From assembly GCA_964035575.1 (NCBI GenBank), contig OZ037841.1:1240001-1304000 (forward strand): DNA of 64,000 nt, written 5' to 3'. A program made the position numbers and the translations under genes. The notes beneath the pieces were generated by a model, which was not told the DNA's origin, made no database searches, and worked only from the letters and a program-made list of their open reading frames with translations. Of the stretch, positions 1 to 13,224 are shown piece after piece. How positions within the stretch are numbered: position 1 is the stretch's first letter; every line of letters starts with the position of its first letter. This DNA comes from Rhynchopus sp. YZ270_cl-10. Lineage: Eukaryota.

Positions 1-291
1 TCGCACCCATCTGTGCAAGCTTCATGGATCCGCAGAAGCTACAGCTGGACTGGTGGTACTGGTTGTGGAAGCCTACAAAGCAAACTGTAGAGGTCTTGTT
101 CAAGTGGAACGAAAAAAATTTTCTCTTCAAAACTCAAATTTCCCTCATATTTTCGTGTGTACACTTTTCCCAAGGTAAAATCCCTACCCAAAAAAAAAAA
201 CTCGCCAAAACTCGCCCCCCAAAAATGGGCGAGTTTTAGGCGAGTTTTTGGCGAGTAGGCGAGTTTTTTTTACTCGCCCGCACAGTATGTC

Positions 292-1540
292 TAGGGGGAG
301 CCACCAAGGGCGTTTTGCTGTCCAAAACCCATTTTTTTGAAATTTGGGTGAAGAAATCCACTAAAATGGGCGTGCCTGGCCGCAAATCGCCCTGGGGATC
401 ACCCATATATCCCAATAAACCACCTGACGACCTTCACAGAGCACTTCTTGTCTCAAAAAAATCGATTTTTTGTGAAAAAAAGCCCAAAAACCGCGTCACG
501 TTTGCGTCACGCTTGGTGACCAAAATTTAACACTTGCCAAGAAATTTCTCCAATCAGACAAAACTCCTTCTAAACACCCGAAAAACACTTCAGTCCACAT
601 CCGCTGGGGTCCCAGGGTGGAAATATATGGTTTTTGCAGCTTTTAGGGGTCCTGGGAGGGTCCCAGGCGTATTCATGAGGGACGGAACCGCTTATAATGC
701 CCGAAATTGCCTCTTTTTTAGGGTGCTTTTTCACCTTAAAAATTCAAAAAAAAGTGCTCAGACAATCACAGAAGTGTCCAAACCCCCTCGGAACTACTCG
801 CCAGACCCCCTGCGGGGTGGAGAATCATATTTGCGATCACTTTTTGGGCTAGTTTGCCCAAAATAACCCCGTGTCCCACTTTTGTCCCACTTGTCCCAAA
901 ATAGGCCAAAATACCCCATTTTGGGACAAGTGGGACAAAAGTGGGACACGGGGTTATTTTGGGCAAACTAGCCCAAAAAGTGATCGCAAATATGATTCTC
1001 CACCCCGCAGGGGGTCTGGCGAGTAGTTCCGAGGGGGTTTGGACACTTCTGTGATTGTCTGAGCACTTTTTTTTGAATTTTTAAGGTGAAAAAGCACCCT
1101 AAAAAAGAGGCAATTTCGGGCATTATAAGCGGTTCCGTCCCTCATGAATACGCCTGGGACCCTCCCAGGACCCCTAAAAGCTGCAAAAACCATATATTTC
1201 CACCCTGGGACCCCAGCGGATGTGGACTGAAGTGTTTTTCGGGTGTTTAGAAGGAGTTTTGTCTGATTGGAGAAATTTCTTGGCAAGTGCAAAATTTTGG
1301 CCCCCAAGCGTTACGCGAGCGTTACGCAATTTTGGGGTGTTTTTTCACAAAAAATCGATTTTTTTGAGACAAGAAATGCTCTGTGAAGGTCGTCAGGTGG
1401 TTTATTGGGATATATGGGTGATCCCCAGGGCGATTTGCGGCCAGGTACGCCCATTTTAGTGGATTTCTTCACCCAAATTTCAAAAAAATGGGTTTCGGAC
1501 AGCAAATCCTTAAGGATTTCCTTATACGTGGCTCCCCCTA
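292..1540. mobile_element. Foldback / giant palindromic element (about 610-620-bp inverted arms, 15-nt loop)
   Basis: TAGGGGGAGCCAC at 292 and GTGGCTCCCCCTA ending at 1540. Arms meet at ...TTGTCCCAAAAT (902), loop 903-917, ATTTTGGGACAA (918). Mirror ORFs 534..866(+) and 954..1307(-) translate identically. Confidence 0.8.
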
Positions 1541-1553
1541 CCCCCCCCCTCCC

Positions 1554-4289
1554 TAAGAACCCCCCTGTCCTCTACGATTTTTGAAAAAGGACGAAAAAGA
1601 CGAAAAAGGACGAAAAAGGACACTGTTAATGGTATACAGTAACTAAGTTACCTCTCGCGCTCCTGGTACAAAAAAGCGTCTCACAACCCACTGATAGTTG
1701 ACGCCTGTGTTTTCAAATTGATAAAAAAGTAAAAAAAAACACTTTTCAGTTTCTTGTTTTTGGCAATATATATTCCCTCTGATACCCCTTGCCCTAACCC
1801 TCGTGATAAACCCCCAACCCTTGTTTTATTTTTTCGCCTGCGCAAGCTTCGCTTTCTTTGCCGCCCTCTTCGTTGTCGTGCATATTGCCGTGACCTTGTG
1901 GAGTCTCTGCAAATCCATATTTTCCCTTCCTTCTGATTGCCACCCCATCGTGCTGAACACCCGTTCCTGGACTGCTGTATGCGGGACAATGGAGCACAAC
2001 TTTTTCGCTCGTGGTGGAAGAAGAAGATTAGGGTAGAGTTTCGACGCAATTCCCCAAAACACTTCAGGTGCGGATTTCTCGTGACACCAAAGCATCTTCG
2101 AGTGGTACGGAGCCTCTCTTGAGAGGAAACACGAAATCTCCCTCAGAAGTTCTAGCTCAGCCTCCTCGTTGTCAGCCCACAGCTCCACTGCTTTTTCTGC
2201 CTGATCCATGAGGCTCTTTGGATCGAACGTCTCAAGGTACCTTCCCAAAACCCCACGAGGGACTTTGCCTTCTGCGTCAGGAATGTAGCACGTAGGGGAC
2301 AAGATGGTGGCAAGAACACAGTGGCTGGTATCGACGTAGTACTTCTCTCGTTCATCCCTCGCCTTCTTGCACTTCTTGTGTCCAGGAACTTCCCCGTCAG
2401 GTGTAGTGCAGGCATTAAACACCTGCTTCAAAGCCCAGAACATCGGGAGAATGTGGCCAATGCGAGCAGAGTCTTGTTCCATGTACCTGATGGCTTCTGT
2501 CGTCGAGCACACTAACTTCCGCACAAACATGAACTTCTCCCAAAAAGCGAGATCTCCGAACTTCTGCAGGGCGGGCATCTGGTTGTGGATGCTGGTTTCA
2601 TTTTCGTCGTTCATGAGCGTCCGCATGGTGTTGAAGTTGTTGTTGATCCAATCCCAGGAGTCCCCAATCGTCAGCCAACGAGTATTGTTCCCAACGGGCG
2701 ACACTTTCTCCACCATAGCCGATGCCGCTTGGATTGCATACACAGCCTTCCTGATGTTCTCCGTGTTCTTTACCGCAGACACGATCTGGTTGCTCCACAC
2801 GAAGTACGCGTTATACACGTTAGGTGTATCCTTCTTTGATACAGTGCGGGTTCCGATAATATCATTCAGCAGCCTGTTTAAAGCATGGCACACGCACACC
2901 AAGATGAGGATTGTCGGGTAAACGTCCTTCAGGTCTTTGGCACCCTTCAAAATTGCCGACCCCGCGTCGACCAAAACGGCTGTCAGGTACTGCCCGATGC
3001 CCGTCTCCGAGATGATCTGCTTCAGCGCGGTGCAGTACTCCTCCCCGTCATGCGATCGTTGGGTCAGCGTGTGGCTCGCCAGCAGCTGTGGCTCAGGAGA
3101 ACAGATGGACACGCTGAGGAGGTGCTGTTTCTTCAGCTTGGATTCCCAAGCGTCGGCGTGCAGGGAGATCCCGGTACCGTTGTCCCGGGCAGCGTGCTTG
3201 ATGCGAGTAATCTCATCAAGCACAATCTCCTCGTACGCCGCATCCAGCAGCGGCCCACGAATGGCGTCCTCGTCTACCACCCTCCTCAGCGTGGGGCGAG
3301 TCGCCCGCATGGCCGCCTTAAACTCGGGGGAGGAGGCAAAACTGAAGGGGATACCTCCACAGTAGTAGGCCTTGGCCCAAGCTGAATCAATCAGCTTGTT
3401 CTCGGCCTCCGACACCCTGTCCACCACTCCAAGCAAAGATTGCTTGGGGTGGGCAGACCGAGTGTGTGCCTTGGGCACAGGCTTCGCCTTAGTAGATGTT
3501 GGGGCTGGGGCTGCTGGGGCTGGGGCTGAGGCTGCTGCTGAGGCTGCTGAGACTGCTGCTGGGGCTGGGGCTGAGGCTGCTGCTGAGGCTGCTGAGACTG
3601 CTGCTGAGACTGCTGCTGGGGCTGGGGCTGAGGCTGCTGCTGAGGCTGCTGAGACTGCTGCTGAGACTGCTGCTGGGGCTGCTGAGGCTGCTGCTGGAGC
3701 TACTGGGGCTGCTGCTGGGGCTGCTGAGGCTGCTGCTGGGGCTGAAACAATGGTGCAATCTGCATCTGCATCTGCTTCTGCATCTTCATCATCTTCTTCA
3801 TCGACATCTTCAGCATCTTCCATCCGGCTGCGCTTCCTCTTCTTAGCCAATTCAGCCTGTAGAATATGTGTGTGAATATTTTCGAGTAAATTTATTTTCA
3901 AACCTTGGCTTTGTTCTTGTAAACCTCCTCCGCATCTTTGCAGGACACAATGTGCTGCTTCCTCCTCTCCGCGTTCGACGCCTGGGCCATTGTCCCCTGG
4001 CATGCGTTGCACGTCAAAAACCTTCCGGTTTTTGAAAACAGCTCCCAAGTCCAGCATTTAGCTCTTGGCATGATTTGTTTTTTTTTCTTGTGTTTTTCTG
4101 TTGTTGGAGGACTTGAAATCAAGATTTTTTTTTGGGGGGGGGATTTTTTTGGGTGAACAGTGTTTTTCCTGGTGATTTTTCTGTACTGTACTTCCTGTAT
4201 TGTCCTTTTTCGTCCTTTTTCCCAGATCGAAAAAGGACGAAAAAGACGAAAAAGACGTAGAGGACGAAAAAGGACAAGGGGTATTCTTA
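1554..4289 (-). mobile_element. Complete autonomous hAT DNA transposon
   Basis: Imperfect TIRs: TAAGAACCCCCCTGTCCT at 1554 and AGGACAAGGGGTATTCTTA ending at 4289. Perfect 8-bp TSD CCCCTCCC (1546-1553, 4290-4297). Subterminal GACGAAAAAG arrays at both ends; transposase gene inside. Confidence 0.92.
1826..4071 (-). CDS. hAT transposase with N-terminal BED zinc finger; 2 exons (4071-3904, 3856-1826), about 732 aa
   Basis: Exon 1 MPRAKCWTWELF...CNAC...KQHIVSC (BED) is joined in frame by a 47-nt GT..AG intron (3903-3857). Catalytic motifs ADAW (D), LVDAG (D), CVCH (CxxH), TRW and QERVFS (E, dimerisation domain). Ala/Pro/Ser repeat linker at about 3500-3745. Confidence 0.9.
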
Positions 4290-4379
4290 CCCCTCCCCCC
4301 CCCAAAACGCGGACATTTTTGGTTTTTTTTCCCCCTATTTTTTGCTGGTTTTTGGGTGACGGGGTGCAAATTCGTGACC

Positions 4380-5050
4380 CAAAACACAGTTTTTTGGCAT
4401 TTCCGGAATCCGTCCAGAAAGTGGTGGGGTCAATCTCGAAAATTGGACAATTTTTTGACCACTTAAATTTTTGAAAATATGAGCCCGGTCACTAATACGT
4501 GGGGCCCATTTTCGGCCAAAAAATGCTGCTGAAAAAAATTTTCTGGTGAAAATTTTTCAGCCCCAAAACATGCCGCAATTTGCATTTCCGGAATCTGTCC
4601 GCGCTGTGGTGGGGTCAATTTGCCGAAATGGCCAAGTTCTTGGTTTTGGTCAAAATGAGTGTAAGGTAAAGGGGCCAAGGTAAATCCCACAACGCAGATT
4701 TTCTCTCTCTGATGCTGAAACCATGAAAATGCGCAAAAACACCGGCATTTGCATTTCCGGAATCCGTCCTTTCTGTGGTGGGGTCAATTTGCCAAAATGG
4801 GCAAGTTCTTGATTTTGGTCAAAACCCGTCGTGTAAGGTCAATGGGTCCAAGTGTTTGCCTGTAGAAACACGTGGTAGCAGGGGTTTTAGGGCCCCCCAT
4901 GCGTGTACATTTTGCAAAAAAAAAACGCGGGCATCTTGTATTTTTTATTTTGCCCGAAAACACCGGCATTTGCATTTCCTGAATCCGCCGGTTCTGTGGT
5001 GGGGTCAATTTGCCGAAATGGACGAGTTTTTATAAATTTTGGTCAAAATC
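4380..5050 (+). repeat. Dispersed repeat family with internal GTGGTGGGGTCAATTTGCC modules
   Basis: Four internal modules here. Homologous copies at about 8170-8350(-), 55905-55990(-), 57000-57480(-) and 60390-60630(+). Confidence 0.75.
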
Positions 5051-8000
5051 GTGTACAACCCCGGCAAAGAAAAAAAATTTCCAGGAAAAAAAAACCCCAA
5101 AATGTCCGCGTTTTCTGGAATTTCAGACCCCCCCCCTCCCCCCCCAAAAACGCGGACATTGTCCGCGTTTTTTGTTTTGATGCCACCCCCAACAACTACG
5201 CACTAAGTACGCAACAAGTACGTAATATAGGGTATTCCTGTATTTTTTTTTCTCGTGCACAAAGTACGCAGCAAGTACGCAAAATGGGGTTTTCAGGAGC
5301 GCCAATAATAAAGTAAAACCGCCCCACAATTTTGATTCAAGGTTTGACCAAGCAGAGGTGGCTTAGGTTTATCTATGATTTTTTTATTTTCGCTGTGCTT
5401 CATATTTTATCTCCGGGGGTTCGATAACCCGCGGAGTGTCAGTGCCTGCGTCCCAGAGGCGTTTGCACTATCAACTTCACTTTGTCTATCACCCCGCATT
5501 TCACAAAAGGCGTCAATATGTCGACAGAACCCACTTCCATGGGCGAATTGTATTTTGCTAACTTTTTATTTTATTGAAAAAGGGTTTTGTGCAGGCATTT
5601 TACCTCAAAGAGGATTGAATTGTTCGGAGTTAGATTTTCAGAATTTTTCCAAAACAAAAAAAGGGTCGGATTTAAAGAAATGCTTGGGTTATGTGTCTGA
5701 GAGGCCTCTTCCATAATGTTATTTCAAAAGATTTATGTTATTTTGATGGCTTTTTGGAATAGTCATGTCACTTTGTGTGTGCATGATCCACTTTTTTTAC
5801 CGGGAAAAAACAGTTTGTTAGCGACACCAATAACACCAAACCATTTTTCACCGTAAAAAAACAAAAAAATAAAACGATTTTCCAGTCCTCATAACCCCGC
5901 GATCACAACAACGTTACTCCCCCCACCTTCCTGACACCCACTTCCTCTGTCTTTCCTCTTTTTGGATAGGTGCAAGGTGTACACTTCTGGAGTCAGGCCA
6001 GCTTATTGCACACGGGAGAGCTGCCACATCGAGGGGTGAGATGTGCTGCTTCTTCTTAATGACTTCTCGAGTCCGCATTGCACTTCGCGGTAGCCCCAAG
6101 GGAAGGCACCCTTCTTCAGAAGGTAGGGAATGCTGCCCACCCCTACCCCCTCTACACTGTCCGCGTAGATCCCCCCACGTAAGGAGTCATCTGATGCCAC
6201 AAAATTGCTCCCTCAAAGCGATGGCATTGGATGGCATGCATTGACGAACTGTGCAAATGATTGCCCCTTAATGTCACCTGCTCTGCTCCCATATGGTAAC
6301 TATCGTGCAAAACCCTAGGGCCATTTAGGCTTGGGGTGTAAGACGGTGGGGTGTTTTTCGAGTGGTTATGAAACGCCTTTTTTTGTGGTAACCGTGTGCC
6401 AATGAAATGCTCTCTGGGGGTTCGATAACCCGCGGGGAAGCAGTGCCTGCGTCCATGAGGCGTTTGCACTTTCAACTTCTCTTTTTTTTTTTTTTGTTTT
6501 TGTCATTGTGCCCTGCATCCTGAAGTATTGTGAGTATTTGAGTACAGAACCCACCTCATCAGTGGGGGGTGAATTTCAATACAAAAAGGCATACAAAAAA
6601 AAAGTGCTAATGGTTTACATGCTCTCAGGGGTGTATGCATGGTGCAAATCCTACGTTACACCACCGTCTAAAATTTTTTTTAGGTGACTAAAAAACAGTA
6701 TGGCTCAAGATCATCTTATTAACTCTTCCCCCCCTTCTTTTGCAGAAACGAGAGGTGATGGGGAGGAAGAAAAAAAAAAATACTCTCAGTTCCGAATCCC
6801 CCGAGTCCCTCTCGTTGATGTCTTTAAAAAAATTTTTTTTTGTCCCTCTTTCTCTCTTTTTTAGTGCGATTCCCGTTCCCCTCGGATATATTCCCTCCTC
6901 CTCCTCCTACGTTATCCCAACAAAAATGCCTGATTTTTTTTTTTTCAACCATTACTATTCTCACATCCCTTCAGAAGGATATACAATTTCCAACACATTT
7001 TTTTTTTCAACGCTCTATTCGCCGTAGTGCTTAAATGAGTGCACAGCGATGACACAAAAAAAGGGCAACACTAATTTGTTTTCAAATTAAAGTATTACGC
7101 TTCTCAACCCTGCCTGTTGCAGTCACTGCAAAAAAAAAAAAATGTTAGTGGAGTTCATCCTGTGTCTACACTAATACAACCAAGTTTTCAAAAAAGAAAA
7201 AGGAGGAAAACCCAGAGATTCGCTGTGTGCGCATCCTGGCCCCTTTTAGGTGGACGATTTATTGAGGTTACAAAACTAATGTAATGTATCCTCAGTGTGT
7301 CTGCACATGATACAGTGCTCTCGGCAATCAAAAATGCCTCGATCAGTACACTGATACATTTCACACAAAAAAAACCCAACCCCTTTTTTGAACGATGTTT
7401 GCGCCCTCAGACGGAGCCTTATCATCGCAGATATACCCCTCCCTTTTTGTTTTTTTTATTTTTGGAAAATGCGATGCGATTCAGGGCAAAAAACCCGACA
7501 AAAATTAATATATTGAGCATACCCCACCAGATCACTCTGAATCATTTGAAAATATTGAAGCTTTTTTTTTTAGCTTTGTCTTTTGTGAGGGCTCTGTTCA
7601 TTTTGTCTTTGTCACCCAAATGAAAGAAAGAAGGTTTTTGGCAGTAAGGTCTGTCACACAATACACCTAACAGATTATCAAAAACAAGAATAGTGTTTGG
7701 AAAACTGACAATATGCACTTGAAACACATGTTCGTTTTTGAAAAAAGAAAATTTCACGTTTTCCCCCCCTCCACCCTCTCCCCACTCCCCCACCTCCACA
7801 CCGCACACAACCATCTGATGCCTATGAACAAAGCCATCTCCTTAAATGGCTGGCACCGGATGGCAGGTGTGTGTACCCTGTAGAGATTCATGACACCGTC
7901 ATACACTAAGTGGTTGTGCTCACAAAGGGCATATCCTAGCAGGGCTCCTCTAAGTGGCCAGAGAGGGTTGCTCTTTCTGGGGGTGTGATGTCATGGCTGT

Positions 8001-9954
8001 GTGCGTCCTTCAGGAGCGTTGGTTGAGCATTTTTTCTTTGAGACATAAGAGGTGTACGAGAAGTGCAATCGGCCATTCTTTCCCCATTTTTTTTCAACTT
8101 ACCTTCCTTCACCCCCCTGTAAGGGCAACCGTAGGTGAAGTAAGGTATAGTATTGAAATCGATGTGGGGGGGGAGTAAAGGGTCAATTTTACAAAACCAG
8201 ATTTTGAGGAAAATTTTAGCCGAAAATGGGCCCCACGTATAAGGAACCGGGCTCATATTTCTCAAAATTTAAGTGGTCAAAAAATTATCCAATTTTCGAG
8301 ATTGACCCCACCACTGCACGGGCGGATCCCAAAAATGCAAATAAGGACCCTTTTTAATTTGTTCTCTTGAAATGTATAATTTCATGTTTTCGCGAAAAAA
8401 ATAACAACTGATCCCTACAAGGGTTGAAGGAAGGTGGTTGAAAATAACAATAACAACAAGAACAACTAATTGCTAAGAAAAAACGGGTGTGATGTGGAAA
8501 ACTCCGCGCGATTTTCGAAACCACCGTAGCATCCTGGCGATTTGGTGGAGGTGCTGATGCGCCTGGTGTGATCGATGTGTTGTAGTCTGTGCATTCTGTG
8601 TTCCTTCCGCACTGCTCCAACGACGACGACAATGTGGGGAGCCTGTGGACAACTACGAGCTGGAACACGCCCAGCCTGCCGAGCCGACGTCCAACAACGC
8701 TCTCGAGCAGATGGTGCTGGATGAAGAGGACAGCCCCCCTTCTTGAACGTTTCAGATGCTGGCGTCCCAGTGGGTCTGGCAGCGTACGAAGAGCGTAAGC
8801 ATACCTACAGAAGAGCAGAATGCTGGGCGTGTTGTAGATTATTTCTACAGGATGGAGTTCCACATCACACCCCGTTTTTTTCCGATAGCAATTACTTGTT
8901 TCACCTACAGACAATTCCTTTCCCCATGAACAGAGAGGTGCATTCTCAGCCGCTGTGTGCTCAACCAGCGGCTGTCTTACGATACCTAAGGAGATGTGTT
9001 ATGCAAACCAAAAAAAAAAAATCCGTGTGTCCCTCACAAGCATTCAGCATGTTCCAGTTGCCCTTTTAAAAAAATGTGTTTTTCTTCTGTGTGTGAGGCA
9101 CATTAAGATTTTCCTTGTTTTTTTTTTGTTGGAATAGTGTATGTTGCCATTTGTGCAAAGCGTCACTTTCCCCTTTGTTCCAACAGAACAGAAGGTCAAA
9201 AAAATAGGGATTAAAGCGTGGATGCTTTCAGGGTTGCAGTCTATAAATTAATAGAAAAAAAAATGTCCCCCCTTTTATTCGGATTCTTTTAATGGTGGGA
9301 GGGGGTGTATTTGGTCAGAGATATTTTGATTTAGTTCTGTGTTTTTGGTTTATTTCATTTTATGCTGATTCTTCTTCTTCTTCTTCTTCTTCTCTTTTTT
9401 TTAGGTGGCTAAGCAAAGGCTTAGGTTCATCTTATAAACTTTTTTCTTTTTCTTTTTTAAATTCTGCGTTGTGTTGTGTCCAGCTACGATGCCACACAAC
9501 ACACACCCCCCACCTCCGCAATGTTACACTCTTGAGACTATCCACACAACTGCCTTTTTTCCAACACACAGCCCTGTCTCCCACCCTAATTATTCAATTG
9601 TCACTCCTTGAATAAATTAGCAGAGAAGTTCACAGCATTTTTTGGGCGCAGATCTCACGCTCTCCGCTCAAGGCATGGAATTTCACCTTTTTTCAGAACA
9701 TTTTATTATGTGATCTCAACTAGGGTAAGGATAGAGGGGGACTAAATTTCCGTTCTTTTTTTAAAAATTTGGTTTGTTTCGGTGCTTTCAAGATGGCTAA
9801 GAGAGGCGAAGAATTATCTTACCCACTTTTTTTACCTCTTTTCTTACTCCTTCTGTTCTGCCCCTTTTGTCTCGGTGTGCCCTGGGAGTGTTTCCGCTTC
9901 TTTTTTTTTTTTTTTGCTAAAAAAAAAATGTTTGGAAAATAGTGCAACTTTCAC

Positions 9955-10105
9955 CACGGATACTGCCAGATCTGGCCAGATTTGGGGATCTGGGAAATTT
10001 TTTTTTCTTCCAGTTTGGGTACATTTAGTGCACCCTATTATACCATCTATTCAGTAGAATAGTTAGTATATGAAACAATTTCTTCCAGATCTGGCAGTAT
10101 CCGTG
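9955..10105. mobile_element. MITE with 21-bp TIR
   Basis: CACGGATACTGCCAGATCTGG ... CCAGATCTGGCAGTATCCGTG; flanks TTTCAC / TTTCAT (6-bp TSD, 1 mismatch). Confidence 0.75.
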
Positions 10106-12279
10106 TTTCATCTTTTTTCGTTTCTCTCTTTATTAACAGAGTGCACCTCACCTCCCTTGGCATATTTTGTTATGAGCACAATATGGTGGTGGAAAAAGAG
10201 AAAAAAAATAAATAGATGAACTATAGTCCTTCTCGTGTACGCACCTTCGTAACCTCCAGAAGCCTTAGTTCATTTTTTCTCTTTTTATCTCATTTTTGTA
10301 TTATTGCAATTAAGCGCGTGTTATGTGTGACACACCCGAGGTGAAGTCTTTCACGGTTACGTTTTCAGATGTAAACCACGAAATGGATTGTAGGACTGCA
10401 TGGTTGGGGTGTCCACCTCCCCCCCCGGTACAGCCGGTCATATACCAAGGTACACTGTCACGAGAGGGCTTTGTATTTCAACCCTACTTTTTTTTTCTCT
10501 TCTGTTCTTAACATAGTGATAAATGCTTCGAGATGTGTTGTGTTCCTTTTGTGTCAATACGGTAGTGTGTGCTTGGTGCTCCTTCTTTTCAGGATATAAT
10601 TTTTGTGACCTTTTTTAAAGGTGGCTAAACACCATAAGGGCTTGGATCATCTTACCAACCGCTTTCCCTATATTTCAATTTCGATGAAGTAGGCGGCCAC
10701 ACGCCATGTCCTTGCTCTCCTCTTTTTTTTTGTCAGGTTGTTAGACATTAATTTGTCTCACGTTTTATTTCGTCTTTTATGTGTTCGCGTGGTGCATCCT
10801 TCAAGAAAAAACTTATTTTGGCACATAAATAGGTCATAAATAGGACCAATTTTTCTCTTCTGTTGCCGCAGGTACTTTGTGCTTTCATCGGGGAGGGGCT
10901 GGCATCGTACAGTGAGTCAGTTGGAGGTGATTGCATCAGTAACTCTTTTTTTGTTGCAATTTTTTTCTCGTTTTCTTTTGAAATCAACAAAATCCGATCC
11001 CTATTTTTACAGAATCAGTATCATTTTCGTTGTTTATTTTTGCTCAGATTTTCTTTCAAATTGTTTTTTCCCCCGAAATTTTGTAAACAACTTCCGGCGG
11101 GCCACGTTTAGAACAGTGATTCTTAGGCTCGTCTTTACCGACTTTTTCATTTTTTATCCCCCCCCCCTTCTTGCTTTGCATCGTGTTGAGTTCGCTCATC
11201 TAGTGATGTATCTGCATTGGCAAACCATTTTTGTTCTTTGCTAGCCTTTGATTTTGTCTAAAACCAAAACAAAGAAAGGGTGCATGTGTTGACCCTCTCA
11301 AATACTTTCAATTCTGTGAACTGAAAGTATAATGAATCTAATTTTGATCGTGTGGTGTCTTGACACTTTCTTTTCGCGGATGGTATCATACAAACTCTCT
11401 TTGTTTTTTTTTTACAAACGACGCCCCAGGTTTGTGTTTATATTCCTCTGGTGTCGGCTGCGGGGTTGCGCTTATCCTGTTGAGGGTCGGCATTACAAAG
11501 ATTTTCCTGCTAGCATTGGTTCTGTTGCCTTCCTTACCTCTACCCTCTTACCCACAAGGAGCCTCGCCCATATTGTCTTTTCAAGGTGACTGGGAAGTGC
11601 GAGAGGTTTAGGTTCATCTCATAAACTTTTTTTCTTCTTCGAAGGTGGACCGCCGGATGAGTGCTTTGTGTACCGGCCCCCCCCCACTACCGGTAACCAA
11701 TAGGGTTCCTTTTTACACCTTTTGTTGTTTTATCCGGATGACAGGCATCGTGGGTATGGTGGTTATCAACAACTGCCATTTATTCTCCACATGGTGCGTC
11801 CAGTTGTCCGGTGAGACATTTTGTGCGTTTTTCAACCTCTTTCTTTTTCTCTTCGTCGATTTGTTTCCCTGATTTTTCTTTTTTTATCTCCACCCCCACA
11901 AGCCTCACACCAATACCTCAAACGAACAAAAGCAGATTATCAAACAATAGAGGGGGGAAACTGTCTTTTTTTTTTTTTTTTCTCTCTCCAAATTTGTTGC
12001 CGTTTTGGACCATCACCCTTTTCACTTTTCACCTGGAGTGACTTTAAGGCATCCTTTTTTTCTTCTTTTCCTCTGGGGGCGGTATCCCCCATTCCATTGT
12101 AAATATTCTGCACAGTTTTATAGTGACTAAGCACGAGAGGCTTAGGTTCATCTTATAAACTTTTCTTTCATTTCCCCCTCCATCCACAACCAATTTCAAA
12201 ACACACACTAAACCCCTTATTTTTCCAGGCAGCATTTTTGTGGGGTTTATCCCCCTTTCCCTCTCTATTCAAACACAAA

Positions 12280-13224
12280 ATGGAGGTCCACCTGACATAT
12301 GAAGGAAACACCTGGCCTACGGAGGTCGGCATCGACGACGATGCGTCCGCTTTATTTAGTAGCGCTGCTTCTGTCAGCGGAATTGACCCTGGATTGTTAC
12401 AGCTGCAGCTGCCTAATACGGAGTGCATTGCGAAGGATGCGTCGCTGCACTCCTTGGATCTATGCAGTGGTGATGTGTTGAACGTCATTGGGGTGGAGAC
12501 GATTGAAACGTGCTTGCGGATTCTTTCTGATGCATATGGCGTGGTAGGTGGGGCTGTTTTGCACGCATTTCGTGCTGTCGTCGCTGAAGGGGAAATTGGG
12601 ACACAAAAGTTTGTGCTTTTAGCGCGGTGCTTGGCTGAGACAGATGGATCGCCGTTGTGCGAGGCAGCAAGGCTATGCAAGCCGGACGTAGCAGAGCGGC
12701 TTCTCTCCCTTCAAATCGGAGGCCTCCAGCAGCCCGACTGCGAAGGCATGCTGCCCCTCTGTGTCGCTGCAGTAAAAGGCCACCACGCATTGTGCGGGTT
12801 GCTCCTCTCCTACGGTGCGGAGGTTGATGCAGTGGACGGGTACGGATGCACCCCGCTGCTGCATGTGTGCTATGCTCTGTACGATGGACGCAGCACAGCA
12901 GATTTCTGCAGACAGCTCAGCGGGTCGAGCTGTGAGGACACTCAGAATGGGAACGGCTATGGGCAGATTGTGCTTGAGCATTACGTAGGGCAGTATGTGG
13001 GGGGTGGTGCTGGTGGTGGTGGTGGTGATTCGCCCCGTGGCAGTAGTGGTGCATGGAGTGTGGAGAGCGGGGTGGATCAGCTCGTGCGAAGTGCCTGTGC
13101 TGTCGCATCACTGCTCCTGCAGCACGGAGCAGACCCCCTCAAAAGAAACAGAAATGGATGCACGCCAATGTCATATGCAGTGGACGCCGGGTGTCCAGAG
13201 CTGCTTCAGTTGTTGGAAAAATAG
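12280..13224 (+). CDS. Ankyrin-repeat protein with N-terminal ubiquitin-like domain
   Basis: ATG at 12280 after a pyrimidine tract. Ankyrin motifs GMLPLCVAAVKGH..LLSYGAEVDAVDGYGCTPL and LLLQHGADPLKRNRNGCTPM. The first ~70 aa show a beta-grasp-like pattern. Confidence 0.85.
   Translation: MEVHLTYEGNTWPTEVGIDDDASALFSSAASVSGIDPGLLQLQLPNTECIAKDASLHSLDLCSGDVLNVIGVETIETCLRILSDAYGVVGGAVLHAFRAVVAEGEIGTQKFVLLARCLAETDGSPLCEAARLCKPDVAERLLSLQIGGLQQPDCEGMLPLCVAAVKGHHALCGLLLSYGAEVDAVDGYGCTPLLHVCYALYDGRSTADFCRQLSGSSCEDTQNGNGYGQIVLEHYVGQYVGGGAGGGGGDSPRGSSGAWSVESGVDQLVRSACAVASLLLQHGADPLKRNRNGCTPMSYAVDAGCPELLQLLEK

Noticed and set aside
534..1307. Duplicate 110/117-aa ORFs on opposite strands
   Set aside because: Mirror products of the palindrome; no protein-like features.
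1826..4057. 743-aa ORF as called, starting MLDLGAV
   Set aside because: The N-terminal part reads the BED exon out of frame and runs through the intron; the spliced model is better supported.
5440..5475. CAGTGC in family B as an iron-responsive element; GTGA in family A as SECIS
   Set aside because: CAGTGC lies in the stem, not an apical loop. Family A lacks the SECIS GA quartet spacing and apical AA.
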